The notes beneath the pieces were generated by a model. That model was not told the origin of the DNA, ran no database searches, and was given only the letters and a program-made list of their open reading frames with translations. A DNA stretch of 64,000 bases from positions 3,394 through 67,393 of the forward strand of contig JAGGVQ010000010.1 in NCBI GenBank assembly GCA_021157895.1, read 5' to 3'. The translations under genes were made by a program, and so were the position numbers. Shown here in pieces: positions 9,391 through 20,686 of the stretch (within the stretch, counting starts at the first letter, position 1; each line of letters opens with the position of its first letter). The stretch is from Dehalococcoidia bacterium. Its GTDB lineage: Bacteria; Chloroflexota; Dehalococcoidia; GIF9; AB-539-J10.

Positions 9391-9403
9391 GCAAGTACTC
9401 CAT

Positions 9404-10516
9404 CTACATCTTTATGCCCTGTATGATTGCTTGTCCCATTTCTTTTGTGCCCAAACGAATCTTATTAGGCGACATTATATCATCAGTGCGGTAACCCTTC
9501 GTGAGCACCTCAAAAACAGAATTCTCTACAGCTTGCGCTTCAATTTCCAAGCTGAATGAATAGCGAAGCATCATCGCAACACTTAATATGATAGCTATCG
9601 GATTAGCAACATTTTTAGCTGCGATATCAGGAGCACTACCATGGATTGGTTCATATAGCCCGAAAGTTTTCCCGAGAGGAACTCCTGCCAAACTAGCTGA
9701 TGGCAACATACCCATAGATCCTGCTAGCATAGAGGCCTCATCCGTAATGATATCGCCAAACATATTCTCAGTAACCAGCACATCAAATTCAGCCGGATGT
9801 CGAATAAGACGCATAGCACAAGTATCTACCAGCATGTGCTGTAATATCACATCAGGATAATCCGCAGCCATTTCTATGGCAATCTGCCGCCATAGGCGTG
9901 ATGTCTGTAAGACATTAGCTTTATCCACCGAAACCAAATTTTTACGCCGAGCACGGGCTAACTCAAAGCCAGTTCTAAGGATACGTCGAATTTCCATTTC
10001 TGAATAAGTCAGGGTATCTACAGCCTGTCGGCCTTGCAAATTATGCCATTGCTTCTTAGGATGGCCAAAATAAATGCCCCCTGTAAGTTCTCGGATCACC
10101 AATAAGTCAACTCCAGTGATTATTTCTGGTTTAATTGAACTGGAGCCAGACAGCATCGGAAGGACTTTCACCGGACGGAGATTGGCAAACAAATCCAGTC
10201 CCTTACGCAGAGCTAACAAGCCATCCTCAGGATGGACCTGGGCTTGAGGATCATCCCAACGGGGGCCTCCCACTGCTCCAAAGAGGACAGCATCACTTTG
10301 CTTGCACATATTTAGAGTATCATCACTAAGAGCTGTTCCCTGACTATCTATGGCAATCCCTCCAACCAATCCTTCGTGAAAATGAAATGAATGACCAAAT
10401 TTCTCGCTTATCACGTGCAGAACATTAATAGCCTCATTCATGATCTCTGGGCCTACTCCATCACCAGGTAATACAGCTATATCAAATTCCTGACTGCTCA
10501 GGGCGTCTCTATACAT
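9404..10516 (-). CDS. leuB: 3-isopropylmalate dehydrogenase
   Basis: Contains [30 protein letters not shown] and [14 protein letters not shown]. Confidence 0.9.
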   Translation of the reverse strand: MYRDALSSQEFDIAVLPGDGVGPEIMNEAINVLHVISEKFGHSFHFHEGLVGGIAIDSQGTALSDDTLNMCKQSDAVLFGAVGGPRWDDPQAQVHPEDGLLALRKGLDLFANLRPVKVLPMLSGSSSIKPEIITGVDLLVIRELTGGIYFGHPKKQWHNLQGRQAVDTLTYSEMEIRRILRTGFELARARRKNLVSVDKANVLQTSRLWRQIAIEMAADYPDVILQHMLVDTCAMRLIRHPAEFDVLVTENMFGDIITDEASMLAGSMGMLPSASLAGVPLGKTFGLYEPIHGSAPDIAAKNVANPIAIILSVAMMLRYSFSLEIEAQAVENSVFEVLTKGYRTDDIMSPNKIRLGTKEMGQAIIQGIKM

Positions 10517-10528
10517 ATCGCACTTCTT

Positions 10529-11032
10529 CTAGTGATAGTTATGCTTTGCATATATCTTGGTATACTTTATCAATCCTCCAGCATGGATGATTCCCAACAT
10601 AAACTCAGGATAGGGATTAGCCAGAAAGGATTTACCCTTGGAGATGTTGTTAATCTCCCCACTAGATAAATCTACCTCCAAAATATCACCTGCTTCCGAA
10701 TTCTCCACCGCAGCAGCACATTCAAGGAGAGGCATCCCTATATCAATAGCGTTGCGAAAAAAAATTCTGGCAAAACTCCGAGCAATCACACAGGAAACGC
10801 CACAATCCTTTATTGCTAGTGGAGCATGTTCCCTAGAAGAACCACAACCAAAGTTAGTTTCGGCCATGATAATGTCGCCCGGCACCATCTTAGTAGTAAA
10901 TTGAGAATCAATATCAGCCATACAATGCTTAGCCAGTTCCCCTGGTTCAGAAACATTGAGATAACGTGCAGGGATAATAACATCTGTATTAACATCTGAG
11001 CCAAACTTGTGTACCTTCCCTCTAAATATCAA
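10529..11032 (-). CDS. leuD: 3-isopropylmalate dehydratase small subunit
   Basis: Contains VNTDVIIPARYL and GCGSSREHAP. Length is 167 aa. Confidence 0.9.
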   Translation of the reverse strand: MIFRGKVHKFGSDVNTDVIIPARYLNVSEPGELAKHCMADIDSQFTTKMVPGDIIMAETNFGCGSSREHAPLAIKDCGVSCVIARSFARIFFRNAIDIGMPLLECAAAVENSEAGDILEVDLSSGEINNISKGKSFLANPYPEFMLGIIHAGGLIKYTKIYAKHNYH

Positions 11033-11127
11033 GTTTATCTATTCGAATCCTCCCTAATGAAATTTCGCTTGAGAGAGCAACCGCATTAGCCTTTATCCTT
11101 AATATTTCTTCAAACATTATGCAAAGG

Positions 11128-12408
11128 TTAGCTAGCAATCTCGCTCGGATGCACAATCCTCCCTGCAACAGCACTGGCTGCAGCCACTGCTGGACTGGAC
11201 AGATAAACCTCAGATTGAGGGCTCCCCATCCTACCAACAAAGTTTCGATTCGTAGTGGATAGACAACGCTCACCTGCAGCCAAGACACCCATATGTCCCC
11301 CCAGGCAAGGTCCACATGTTGGTGTACTAACCACAGCTCCTGCCTGGATAAAAACCTCTATTAAGCCCTCTTTAAGCGCCTCCAGATATACCCGCTGGGA
11401 CCCAGGAATGACAATGCACCTTAATTGCTGGTTTACCCGCCTTCCTCGCAAGAATTCTGCTGCCACTCGCAAATCACTAATCCGACCATTGGTACAAGCC
11501 CCTATCACTACCTGGTCCAAGCTAATCCCTCCAGATTGACTAACTGGCTTAATGTTAGATGGAAGGGAGGGAAAAGCTACCTGGGGTTCAATTTTTGTTA
11601 CATCATACTCTACAACATTAGCATAGTCTGCATCATCAGTTGCTTGAGATAGCTCCATCGACCTGAAATCACCAAGCATCATTTTAATTCCTGCCACATA
11701 CTGGAGATAGTTATAAGTCTTGTCATCTACATGAAAAATGCCGGCCTTTGCCCCTGCCTCGATAGCCATATTTGCCATAGTAAAACGACCATCTATAGGC
11801 AGTCCCTCCATACTCTCACCAGTGAATTCCATAACTGAATATAAAGCACCATCCACTCCGATGTCCCCAATGGTATAAAGAATAAGATCCTTCCCACTAA
11901 CCCACTGGGACAACTGCCCATGATAAACAAATTTAATAGTAGGAGGAACCTTCATCCATATCTCACCCGTAGCCATAGCCACTGCAATATCAGTAGAACC
12001 CATACCTGTGGCAAAAGCGCCCAAGGCTCCATAAGTGCAAGTATGAGAGTCCGCCCCCACGATAACCAGACCGGGCCGAACAAGTCCCTGCTCAGGTAAC
12101 AACACATGCTCTATTCCTGAACGACCAACTTCAAAATAAACCAGCCCTTGTTCTAGGGCAAATTCTCGCATCATCTTCGCCTGCTCTGCAGATGGTATAT
12201 CCTTATTGGGAACAAAATGGTCTGGCACCATAACAACCTTGGTGCTATCAAACACCCTTTTTGCCCCCAGTCGATGAAATTCCTTTATCGCTAGAGGCGC
12301 AGTAATGTCATTGGATAAAACTAAATCCACCCTAGCATTAATAAATTCTCCTGGATGGACTTCTGTCTTACCTGTATGAACTGCCAGTATCCTTTCAGAT
12401 AAATTCAC
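11128..12408 (-). CDS. leuC: 3-isopropylmalate dehydratase large subunit (short, archaeal-type aconitase-family)
   Basis: Contains VGADSHTCTYGALG, CTNGRISD and PTCGPCLG Fe-S ligand motifs. Length is 426 aa. Confidence 0.9.
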   Translation of the reverse strand: MNLSERILAVHTGKTEVHPGEFINARVDLVLSNDITAPLAIKEFHRLGAKRVFDSTKVVMVPDHFVPNKDIPSAEQAKMMREFALEQGLVYFEVGRSGIEHVLLPEQGLVRPGLVIVGADSHTCTYGALGAFATGMGSTDIAVAMATGEIWMKVPPTIKFVYHGQLSQWVSGKDLILYTIGDIGVDGALYSVMEFTGESMEGLPIDGRFTMANMAIEAGAKAGIFHVDDKTYNYLQYVAGIKMMLGDFRSMELSQATDDADYANVVEYDVTKIEPQVAFPSLPSNIKPVSQSGGISLDQVVIGACTNGRISDLRVAAEFLRGRRVNQQLRCIVIPGSQRVYLEALKEGLIEVFIQAGAVVSTPTCGPCLGGHMGVLAAGERCLSTTNRNFVGRMGSPQSEVYLSSPAVAAASAVAGRIVHPSEIAS

Positions 12409-12435
12409 GCCACGTAAACCCTTTCCTCTTATTCT

Positions 12436-12843
12436 TTAACCTTTAACTTTAGGCAGACTCAGCACAATCACAGCAATGAGGGTAGCAACAATAGCAAAGA
12501 GATATAGCCCCGCTCCTGCTGCCAGCCCTATAGCAGCAGTTGCCCACAAGCAGGCTGCAGTGGTAAGCCCCGCTACCCCTTCAGAGCGCATGCCATGGAA
12601 TATTACTCCAGCACCAATAAACCCCACTCCAGCTACTACTCCAGCAGCTACCCTAGATGGATCAACGGCACTGCCAGCAAAGCCATACATGGAAACTATG
12701 GTAAACAAGGCAGCACCCATGCCAATCAACACATGGGTTCGTAATCCTGCTGCTTTACCAGCCCTTTCCCGCTGATACCCTACAGTAGCTGCTAGGGCAC
12801 TGGCCAAAAGCAGGCGCAGCACAATCTCCAGTTGAAAGCTCAC
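12436..12843 (-). CDS. MgtC/SapB-family membrane protein (membrane domain only)
   Basis: A 135-aa protein with four hydrophobic segments and GYQRERAGKAAGLRTH, which resembles the MgtC N-terminal signature. Its start lies 2 nt from the leuA stop. Confidence 0.7.
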   Translation of the reverse strand: MSFQLEIVLRLLLASALAATVGYQRERAGKAAGLRTHVLIGMGAALFTIVSMYGFAGSAVDPSRVAAGVVAGVGFIGAGVIFHGMRSEGVAGLTTAACLWATAAIGLAAGAGLYLFAIVATLIAVIVLSLPKVKG

Positions 12844-12845
12844 TG

Positions 12846-14372
12846 CTAATTCTCCCGGCCTGTCTGCCGAGAAGCAAGAAGTCTGTTAAGTGCATTCATA
12901 TATGCCTTGGCACTCGCTACGAGAATATCAGTATCAGCTCCACGTCCAGTGTAGGTAACCCCATCACTTTCAATTCGAATCAATACCTCGCCAATAGCAT
13001 CAATACCCTCAGTAACAGACCTGATAGTAAACTCAATAAGCTTATTTGGTACACCAACTATACGGTTAATTGCCTTATAAACTGCATCTACAGGCCCTGC
13101 ACCCAGTGCAGCATCGGCAACACTCTTCCCCTCAGCTCCAATCAGCCTAACAGTAGCTGTGGGTAAACTATAATTACCACAAGAAACAGCAACATGATCT
13201 AGATGATAAACCTCAGTGGCAGTGCGAAGGTCCTCAGCCACAAGGGACTCTATATCACGATCCGTAATCTCTTGTCTTTTATCAGCCAAGACCTTAAAAT
13301 CGCGAAAGGCCCGGTCCAAAACATCTTCTTGCAAGTTATAGCCAAGCTCAGCCAACCGTTCCCTGAAGGCATGCTTACCACTTAGTTTGCTTAACACCAG
13401 GCTACTGGAAGGGAAACCAACCGATCTGGGATCCATGATCTCATAAGTTATAGCCCTCTTTAATAATCCATCTTGGTGAATTCCTGATTGATGACGAAAA
13501 GCGTTAGCCCCTGTGATAGCCTTGTTAGGTTGGACAGGAAAACCGGTGAGATCACTCACCAAGCGACTAGTCTTGTAAATTTGCCTGGAGTCAACCCCGG
13601 TATTCAGATGAAAAAAATCCCGGCGAGTTTTTAGCACCATGACAACCTCTTCCAAGGATGCATTGCCCGCTCGCTCTCCTATCCCATTCACAGTACACTC
13701 CACCTGGCGGGCGCCCCTTGTTATTGCCTCAATACTGTTAGCTACGGCTAGCCCTAAGTCATCATGACAATGAACGCTCACGATAGCCTCACTGATATTG
13801 GACACATGGGAAAAGATTCCTTGAATCAAGTTGCCAAATTCCTGTGGGGTAGCATATCCTACAGTGTCAGCAATATTCACCGTCGTGGCCCCTGCAGTAA
13901 TCACTGTCTCCAGCACTTGATGAAGATAATCAGGATCAGCACGACTGGCATCCATAGGAGAAAACTCAATATCATCTGTATAGGATTTAGCCCGAGCGAC
14001 CATGACACGACATGTCTCCAATGCTTCCTCTCGGCTTTTCTTTAATTGGTAAGACAGATGAATATCCGATGCAGAGAGAAAAACATGGATTCTAGGATGC
14101 TTAGCTTCTTTAATTGCTTCCCAAGCAACATCTATTGCCTTGTCAGTAGCAGAAGCCAGCGCACAAACGACAGGTTTTCTAATTTCACGGGCAATGGTAC
14201 GCACAGCTTCGAAATCACTGGGTGAACTGGCAGGGAAACCAGCTTCTATGACATCAACACCAAGTTCATCCAGTTGCTTGGCTATTTTTAGTTTATCAGG
14301 AACATTTAAGCTCGCACCTGCTGATTGTTCTCCATCCCTCAGAGTGGTATCAAAAATAATTACCTTGTCCAT
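12846..14372 (-). CDS. leuA: 2-isopropylmalate synthase
   Basis: Contains [14 protein letters not shown] and [13 protein letters not shown], plus a C-terminal LeuA allosteric domain. Length is 508 aa. Confidence 0.9.
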   Translation of the reverse strand: MDKVIIFDTTLRDGEQSAGASLNVPDKLKIAKQLDELGVDVIEAGFPASSPSDFEAVRTIAREIRKPVVCALASATDKAIDVAWEAIKEAKHPRIHVFLSASDIHLSYQLKKSREEALETCRVMVARAKSYTDDIEFSPMDASRADPDYLHQVLETVITAGATTVNIADTVGYATPQEFGNLIQGIFSHVSNISEAIVSVHCHDDLGLAVANSIEAITRGARQVECTVNGIGERAGNASLEEVVMVLKTRRDFFHLNTGVDSRQIYKTSRLVSDLTGFPVQPNKAITGANAFRHQSGIHQDGLLKRAITYEIMDPRSVGFPSSSLVLSKLSGKHAFRERLAELGYNLQEDVLDRAFRDFKVLADKRQEITDRDIESLVAEDLRTATEVYHLDHVAVSCGNYSLPTATVRLIGAEGKSVADAALGAGPVDAVYKAINRIVGVPNKLIEFTIRSVTEGIDAIGEVLIRIESDGVTYTGRGADTDILVASAKAYMNALNRLLASRQTGREN

Positions 14373-14375
14373 TCC

Positions 14376-14600
14376 TTAGTGCTTCCTTTTAGCTATGGAG
14401 AGTAAGTTTCCACCTATTCCACATATGAGCCCTCCTATAAAAGCGATTAGACCTCCTATGATCCATTCGGTTACCACATTTCCAAGACTAGCAAGACATC
14501 CACCTATTGCTGCTACTGCTGAGCCAATAATGAGGACGCAGATGGCAATGTCTCTTTTCCCCTTATCTATATTCACTTCCCTTTTCACTCTCTCAGCCAA
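14376..14600 (-). CDS. hypothetical 74-aa membrane protein with two glycine-zipper TM helices
   Basis: The ORF sits between ilvC and leuA, overlaps the ilvC stop by 16 nt and ends 3 nt before the leuA start. It carries [16 protein letters not shown] and [16 protein letters not shown] segments. I recognise no family. Confidence 0.35.
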   Translation of the reverse strand: MAERVKREVNIDKGKRDIAICVLIIGSAVAAIGGCLASLGNVVTEWIIGGLIAFIGGLICGIGGNLLSIAKRKH

Positions 14601-15577
14601 GACATCATGCTCCTGAGTTTTCCCCCCACGATCTCAATGGGGTGACGAGCTTCATTCTGCTTCAAGGCATTGAACTGTGGTCGCCCTGCCTGATCTTCCA
14701 AAATCCACTCTTTGGCAAATCTACCATCCTGAATCTCACCTAGAACTTGCCTCATCTCTTCCTTAACGCGACTATTGATAACACGCGGGCCCCTAACATA
14801 GTCTCCATATTCAGCAGTGTCGCTGATAGAATAACGCATGTAGCTCAATCCACCCTTATACATAAGATCAACAATAAGCTTTAATTCGTGGAAACACTCA
14901 AAGTAGGCGATCTCAGGTTGGTAACCAGCATTGACCAGCGTTTCAAATCCAGCTTTGACCAAAGATGAAACACCCCCACAAAGAACTGCTTGCTCCCCAA
15001 ATAAATCAGTCTCAGTCTCCTCAGCAAAAGTTGTTTCCAGAACACCAGCTCTCCCAGAACCAATACCTCTGGCATAGGCCAAGGCGATATCTTTCGCTCT
15101 TCCTGAAGAATCTTGGTGAACAGCCACCAAAGATGGCACTCCCGAACCTTCAGTAAAGACCTGACGTACCATATGCCCCGGCGCCTTAGGAGCTATCATG
15201 CTAACATCAACATTTTGTGGGGGTATAATCTGAGAATAGTGAATATTAAAACCATGGGCAAACATTAGCGTTTTGCCTTGCAACATTTCTCCTTGAATGG
15301 ATTCATGGTAAATCTGCCTCTGAGAAGTATCAGGTGCCAGCATTACAATAATGGATGCTTTGTGAGCTAACTTATCTACAGTCATCACATCAAACCCATC
15401 TTGCTTCGCCGCTTTCCACCCAACACCACCTGGCTTGCTAGCAACTATGACTTGGCACCCACTATCTCTTAAGTTTTGTGCATGAGCACATCCTTGGCTA
15501 CCATAACCAACAATCCCAATAGTCTCATCCTTTATTACATCAAATTGGATATCTTTGTCATAATATATCTTGGCCAT
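14585..15577 (-). CDS. ilvC: ketol-acid reductoisomerase
   Basis: Contains [28 protein letters not shown] and SDTAEYG. Length is 330 aa. Confidence 0.95.
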   Translation of the reverse strand: MAKIYYDKDIQFDVIKDETIGIVGYGSQGCAHAQNLRDSGCQVIVASKPGGVGWKAAKQDGFDVMTVDKLAHKASIIVMLAPDTSQRQIYHESIQGEMLQGKTLMFAHGFNIHYSQIIPPQNVDVSMIAPKAPGHMVRQVFTEGSGVPSLVAVHQDSSGRAKDIALAYARGIGSGRAGVLETTFAEETETDLFGEQAVLCGGVSSLVKAGFETLVNAGYQPEIAYFECFHELKLIVDLMYKGGLSYMRYSISDTAEYGDYVRGPRVINSRVKEEMRQVLGEIQDGRFAKEWILEDQAGRPQFNALKQNEARHPIEIVGGKLRSMMSWLRE

Positions 15578-15601
15578 ATCACTCCTTTCCTCATTATTAT
15601 G

Positions 15602-16090
15602 TCAAGCGTTCCCACGCGTTAGCGCTACCCTCCCTGTTCTAACAACTTCCCTGATACCAAAACCACGAAGAAGCTTGATTAGAGAATCCACCTTCTCCTC
15701 ATTGCCAGTAACCTCAATCGTAAGGGAATTAGCAGCAACATCAATTATGTTGGCCCGGAAGATATCAATAATTTGGGCAATTTCACTTCTTGTTGCGGCA
15801 GTAGCCTTAACCTTAATCAAAGCTAACTCTCTGGTTACTATAGCAACATAGGTTATATCAGAAACCCGGACTACGTTCACCAACTTGTCAAGTTGCTTTC
15901 TAACTTGCTCTACTTCAGCAGAATCACCACGGACAACAACAGTCATACGAGAAAATCCTGGCTGCTCACTACTTCCCACAGCAATACTGTCGATATTGAA
16001 ATTCCGGCGTCGAAACAAGCTAGATATCCTATTAAGTACTCCCGGCTTATCCTCTACTAAAGCGACTAACGTATGTTTAACAGCCAACAA
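15602..16090 (-). CDS. ilvN: acetolactate synthase small (regulatory) subunit
   Basis: It has an ACT domain (LVEDKPGVLNRISSLFRRRNFNIDS) and is 162 aa, immediately downstream of the large subunit. Confidence 0.9.
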   Translation of the reverse strand: MLAVKHTLVALVEDKPGVLNRISSLFRRRNFNIDSIAVGSSEQPGFSRMTVVVRGDSAEVEQVRKQLDKLVNVVRVSDITYVAIVTRELALIKVKATAATRSEIAQIIDIFRANIIDVAANSLTIEVTGNEEKVDSLIKLLRGFGIREVVRTGRVALTRGNA

Positions 16091-16119
16091 CTATGCTTAC
16101 CTCCAGAAGATTCTATCTA

Positions 16120-17814
16120 TTAGAAACTACTATCCTTACTTACTTTGGGCAATGTCAGAATACTAGATAAACCAGCACCTGGTGCTATCATAGGATAAAC
16201 GTTCTCTTCCCTCTCAACATTGAAGTCGATAAGAAATGGACCAGAATGGTCCAACGCACTATGAATTGCTGGAACCACCTCTGCTTTACGAGTCACCTTA
16301 AGAGCAGGAATACCATATGCCTCCGAAACCTTGACAAAATCAGGATTCCATAACAGCGTATCTACATAACGGCGGCGATAAAATAATTCTTGCCATTGCC
16401 GTACCATACCCAAAGCAGTATTGTTGATAATAGCAATCTTTATGGCAATATCTTCCTGGGATATGGTGGCCATCTCTTGTATGGTCATTTGAAAGCCCCC
16501 ATCCCCTGCAATAGACCACACTACACTATCAGGGACAGCAATTTTGACACCCATAGCTGCAGGAAGCTCAAAACCCATCGTTCCTAAACCACCCGAGGAG
16601 ACAAAACTATTGGGTTCCACATATTGAAAATGTTGGGCAGCCCACATCTGATTTTGCCCAACACCAGTAACCATGATTGCCTTGCCTTCGGTAAGTTCAT
16701 AAATACGCCTTATTACGTATTGTGGCAAAAGGCCAGCATCTTCTCTATCATCCACCAAGGGGTACTCATGCTTCCACTGGTTGATCTGAGAAATCCAAGC
16801 CACATGTTCCTTTATATCAATTCTCTTATTTAGTGTGGTAAGAACATTTTTGATATCGCCCACTATTGGTATATCAACACAGAGGTTTTTCCCTATCTCC
16901 GCAGGATCAATATCGATATGAAGGATGCGCGCCTTCGGAGCAAAAGTGCTGGTATCTCCTGTGGCGCGATCGTCAAATCTCATGCCAATGGCAATAATAA
17001 GATCAGCGTTCTGCACTGCCATGTTAGCATAAGCCATACCATGCATTCCTAACATGCCAAAACTTAGTACATGATTCTCAGGAAAAGAACCAATACCGAG
17101 CAAAGTGGTTACTACAGGTATCTGTGATTTCTCCACAAACTCCCTGAACTCCTGATAAGCCTGAGAAATAATTATTCCTCTGCCACCAATAACTACAGGT
17201 CTCTCAGCAGCATTGATCAGCTCTGCTGCCCTTATGATCTGGGCTGCATTAACACGCGGCTTAAGTTTATATCCTGGCAAGTTAACTTTATCAGGACACA
17301 CAAACTCAGCCTCATTCACCTGCACATCGCGGGGAATATCAATAAGCACAGGACCAGGACGGCCCGTCTGTGCTATAAAGAAGGCTTCCTTAACAACTCC
17401 AGCCAGATCTGCCGGGTCAGTAACAAGATAACTATGTTTCACTACAGGGAGAGTAATACCAGTAATATCAATCTCTTGGAAGGCATCCTTACCTATAAAT
17501 GGAGAGGCTACCTGGCCCGTTATAGCTACAAGAGGCACAGAGTCCATATAGGCATTAGCAATACCAGTTACCAAGTTGGTAGCCCCCGGTCCAGAAGTAG
17601 CCAAACATACCCCTGCCCTGTGAGTAATCCTGGCATATCCATCAGCGGCATGAGCCGCTGCCTGTTCATGCCTAACCAGTATATGTCGAAGCTGGGGATA
17701 CTGTGGGAGCGTATCATATATAGGCAATACAGAACCACCAAGTATGCCGAAGATAACCTCGACACCTTCTTTAACTAAACTCTCACATAAAATTTGAGCA
17801 CCAGTCTTTTTCAT
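16120..17814 (-). CDS. ilvB: acetolactate synthase large subunit
   Basis: A ThDP enzyme with GYARITHRAGVCLATSGPGATN and GLGTMGFELPAAMG...GDGGFQM. Length is 564 aa. Confidence 0.9.
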   Translation of the reverse strand: MKKTGAQILCESLVKEGVEVIFGILGGSVLPIYDTLPQYPQLRHILVRHEQAAAHAADGYARITHRAGVCLATSGPGATNLVTGIANAYMDSVPLVAITGQVASPFIGKDAFQEIDITGITLPVVKHSYLVTDPADLAGVVKEAFFIAQTGRPGPVLIDIPRDVQVNEAEFVCPDKVNLPGYKLKPRVNAAQIIRAAELINAAERPVVIGGRGIIISQAYQEFREFVEKSQIPVVTTLLGIGSFPENHVLSFGMLGMHGMAYANMAVQNADLIIAIGMRFDDRATGDTSTFAPKARILHIDIDPAEIGKNLCVDIPIVGDIKNVLTTLNKRIDIKEHVAWISQINQWKHEYPLVDDREDAGLLPQYVIRRIYELTEGKAIMVTGVGQNQMWAAQHFQYVEPNSFVSSGGLGTMGFELPAAMGVKIAVPDSVVWSIAGDGGFQMTIQEMATISQEDIAIKIAIINNTALGMVRQWQELFYRRRYVDTLLWNPDFVKVSEAYGIPALKVTRKAEVVPAIHSALDHSGPFLIDFNVEREENVYPMIAPGAGLSSILTLPKVSKDSSF

Positions 17815-17825
17815 ATCATAATCCC

Positions 17826-19493
17826 CTAATCGACAAATACAGCTCCAGTGCTAGCTGAGGTAACCCTGTCTGCATATCGCTTGAGATAGCCAGTCTTGAC
17901 CTTGGACTCAAAGAGAGGTAATGTCTTCAGGCGCTTTCCTATTTCGCTTTGATCCAGCTCTATTTCCAACTTATGGCCAGGTATATCTATCACGATAACA
18001 TCACCATCTCTAACAAGTGCTATTGGTCCTCTTTTTGCCGCTTCAGGAGAAACATGCCCAATGGCAGCTCCACGGCTAGCACCAGAAAAACGTCCATCTG
18101 TGATCAAAGCCACCTCTCTGTCCATACCCATACCACTCAACAGAGATGTCGGTGTCAACATCTCCCGCATACCTGGCCCCCCACGTGGTCCTTCATATCT
18201 GATAACTATAACATCACCAGACTTGAATTCTCTCCTCGTAATTGCCTGCGTGGCTAGATCCTCACTATCAAACACCCTTGCTGAACCGCGATGGACAAGC
18301 ATCTCACGAGCTACTGCGGCACTCTTTACGACTGCCCCATCCGGGGCTAAATTTCCAAACAGTATAGCAAGACCCCCTGTAGTAGCATAAGGATGCACTA
18401 CCGACTTAATTACATCTCTATTCTTTACCTCACTCCTTGCCAAGACCTCACCCAAAGGCTTATCTAGTACAGTCTGAACATCAAGATATAGTAGTTGGGA
18501 TATTTCTTGCATCACTGCCATTATGCCACCGGCCAAGTCCAGATCCTCAACATGATCATCACTAGCAGGACTTAATTTACATATATGAGGTACATGTTCA
18601 CTTATGCTATTCACCAAAGATAAAGGAATTTGAATTCCAGCCTCGTGAGCTATCGCGGTGAGATGCAACACAGAATTAGTACTACCACCCAATGCCATAT
18701 CCACAGCAAAAGCATTGTACAAAGATTTCTGCGTGATCACTGCCCTAGGACGTATATCTCGAGCTAGCACTTCCATTATCTGCTCACCAGCCTTATAAGC
18801 CAGATGAGTACGTCGCGCTTGTACTGCCGGTATTGTCCCATTGCCAGGCAAGGCCATACCTAACGCTTCAGTAAGACAATTCATGGTATTAGCAGTAAAC
18901 ATACCAGAGCAGCTACCATATCCAGGACAGGCAACTTCCTCAATACCTTCTAACTCAGTCTCACTCATACTCCCATTGATAACTCCGCCTACAGCGAGGA
19001 AAACAGAATTAAGGTCCACCGGCTTAATAAATCCCCCTTTGGTAATCCTGCCCGCCATCATGGGCCCCCCACTAATAAAGATAGATGGTAGATTTAACCG
19101 AGCAGCAGACATCAACATTCCAGGCACAACCTTATCGCAGTTAGGGATAAAAACCAGAGCATCAAAAGCATGTGCTTCCACTAAACTTTCTACGGTATCA
19201 GCAATAAGTTCCCTGCTGGGCAAGCTATACTTCATGCCCAAGTGGTTCATGGCAATTCCATCACAGATAATCGGCACATTAACTTCAAAGGGCACCCCTC
19301 CCCGACTTCGAACCCCTTCCTTTACTGCGCGCGAAATAGTACTCAAGTGTATATGCCCCGGGACAATCTCACTGTAGCTGTTGATAACACCAATGAAAGG
19401 CTTATCCCAATCCGTAGAAGAGCAACCGACGGCACGCAGCAAAGACCGATGTGGCGCTCTATCGATACCACGCTTTATAACATCACTTCTCAT
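17826..19493 (-). CDS. ilvD: dihydroxy-acid dehydratase
   Basis: Contains [27 protein letters not shown] and ITDGRFSG. Length is 555 aa. Confidence 0.95.
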   Translation of the reverse strand: MRSDVIKRGIDRAPHRSLLRAVGCSSTDWDKPFIGVINSYSEIVPGHIHLSTISRAVKEGVRSRGGVPFEVNVPIICDGIAMNHLGMKYSLPSRELIADTVESLVEAHAFDALVFIPNCDKVVPGMLMSAARLNLPSIFISGGPMMAGRITKGGFIKPVDLNSVFLAVGGVINGSMSETELEGIEEVACPGYGSCSGMFTANTMNCLTEALGMALPGNGTIPAVQARRTHLAYKAGEQIMEVLARDIRPRAVITQKSLYNAFAVDMALGGSTNSVLHLTAIAHEAGIQIPLSLVNSISEHVPHICKLSPASDDHVEDLDLAGGIMAVMQEISQLLYLDVQTVLDKPLGEVLARSEVKNRDVIKSVVHPYATTGGLAILFGNLAPDGAVVKSAAVAREMLVHRGSARVFDSEDLATQAITRREFKSGDVIVIRYEGPRGGPGMREMLTPTSLLSGMGMDREVALITDGRFSGASRGAAIGHVSPEAAKRGPIALVRDGDVIVIDIPGHKLEIELDQSEIGKRLKTLPLFESKVKTGYLKRYADRVTSASTGAVFVD

Positions 19494-19547
19494 AGCTAAG
19501 ACCTCCAGAAATTAAAAATAGCAAGCTGTCACGTATAGCTATTGTTA

Positions 19548-20030
19548 TCAACAAGTTTCTAAGGCTTCTATCTTTTTCAATCTAGAGATATGTCTTCCAC
19601 CCTCAAACTCAGTAGATAAAAATGCCCTGACAATCTCTAAATAGCAACTGATGTCTATATCCTGCCCACGGAGACACAAGATGTTAGCGTTATTATGCCG
19701 ACGAGCTCGCTGAGCTGTAAACACATCATGGCACAGCGCAGCACCAACCCCCTTTATTTTATTAGCTGCAATACTCATTCCTATCCCTGTGCTACATATG
19801 AGAATGCCTTGGCCAAAATTACCCGAAGTTACTGCCTCAGCCACTCGCTGAGCAATATCAGGATAATCCACAGGATTCTCATCATAACAACCAAAATCCC
19901 TATAGTTATAACCTAATCCCTGAATAAAAGGCATAATCGCTTGTTTTAACCTCAAGCCACGATGATCACAACCTAAAGCAATGTACGAACTGGCAACATG
20001 TAAGCTATCTACGCTGTCGGTATTTAGCAT
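19548..20030 (-). CDS. rpiB: ribose-5-phosphate isomerase B
   Basis: Contains IALGCDHRG and ILICSTGIGMSIAANK, which fit the RpiB/LacAB family. I chose the ATG at 20030 because it follows a strong AAGGAGG Shine-Dalgarno. The longer ORF-track start adds a 44-aa hydrophobic extension that overlaps tsaC. Confidence 0.85.
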   Translation of the reverse strand: MLNTDSVDSLHVASSYIALGCDHRGLRLKQAIMPFIQGLGYNYRDFGCYDENPVDYPDIAQRVAEAVTSGNFGQGILICSTGIGMSIAANKIKGVGAALCHDVFTAQRARRHNNANILCLRGQDIDISCYLEIVRAFLSTEFEGGRHISRLKKIEALETC

Positions 20031-20625
20031 AAGCCTCCTTAACTTCACAGGATGGGATAATTCCCTGACGTAGGATAACAGGTATATCACCAGTAACATC
20101 CACGACGGTTGATGCCATGCTACCCGAACAGCCATTCTCCTCAATAATAAAGTCGACCACATCTCCCATCTGTCGCCTCACATCGTCAGCAGCAACAAGA
20201 CCCGGTTTACCGCTAATATTAGCACTAGTTCCAACTATCGGATTTCCCAACCCCTGAATAAGAGCAAGGGGAGTATCATGATTCGGAACACGTACTGCCA
20301 CCGTATCATCAGGAGCTAGAGAGCTTGATAACCATGTTGACCTAGGCAAAACCAGAGTTATTCCTCCCGGCCAAAAAAAATCAGCTAAGAACCAAGCAAT
20401 CTCAGGTATATCTCGAGCTACAACTGACATCTGGAAAGCATCTTTAAGAAGTAACGGAAGTGGGAGCATGCGAGACCGTTGCTTTGCCTGATAAACCTTA
20501 TCTATAGCTTCACAATTAAAAGCATCAGCTCCCAAACCATAAACTGTATCAGTAGGAAAAGCAATCACCCTACCGTGTTTAAGAAGCTGAATTCCATGTG
20601 CTACTTGATCTAGTGAAGGAGTCAT
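20005..20625 (-). CDS. tsaC: L-threonylcarbamoyladenylate synthase (YrdC-type, single domain)
   Basis: Contains AFPTDTVYGLGADA and TSANISG. I chose the start at MTPSLDQ...; the Cys-rich 24-aa extension from the longer ORF would overlap the guaA start. Confidence 0.8.
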   Translation of the reverse strand: MTPSLDQVAHGIQLLKHGRVIAFPTDTVYGLGADAFNCEAIDKVYQAKQRSRMLPLPLLLKDAFQMSVVARDIPEIAWFLADFFWPGGITLVLPRSTWLSSSLAPDDTVAVRVPNHDTPLALIQGLGNPIVGTSANISGKPGLVAADDVRRQMGDVVDFIIEENGCSGSMASTVVDVTGDIPVILRQGIIPSCEVKEAYAKYRQRR

Positions 20626-20686
20626 TTCCCTTGACGGTAGTATAGCACAATGATAAGCTGATCCACATCTGCAGCAAAGCCTCGAA

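Noticed and set aside
18841-19377. Long opposite-strand or alternative-frame ORFs inside well-supported genes. Examples: 18841-19377 (+) in ilvD, 12476-12775 (+) in the MgtC-like gene, 55407-55895 (+) in hppA, 60043-60612 (+) in fumarase alpha, and 28274-28801 (+) in pfkA.
   Set aside because: They lie entirely within genes with strong family motifs on the other strand. Their translations are low-complexity (Ser/Pro/Arg/Thr-rich) and carry no recognisable motifs or ribosome-binding sites. These are shadow ORFs.
19494-19547. Leader peptide, T-box or riboswitch elements for the ilv-leu run, the his operon (35905-36014), the pur genes (22355-22366) and thiE (upstream 58754 onward).
   Set aside because: The intergenic spaces are too short (12-110 nt) or are occupied by coding sequence. 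I saw no conserved T-box, TPP or purine riboswitch core sequence.
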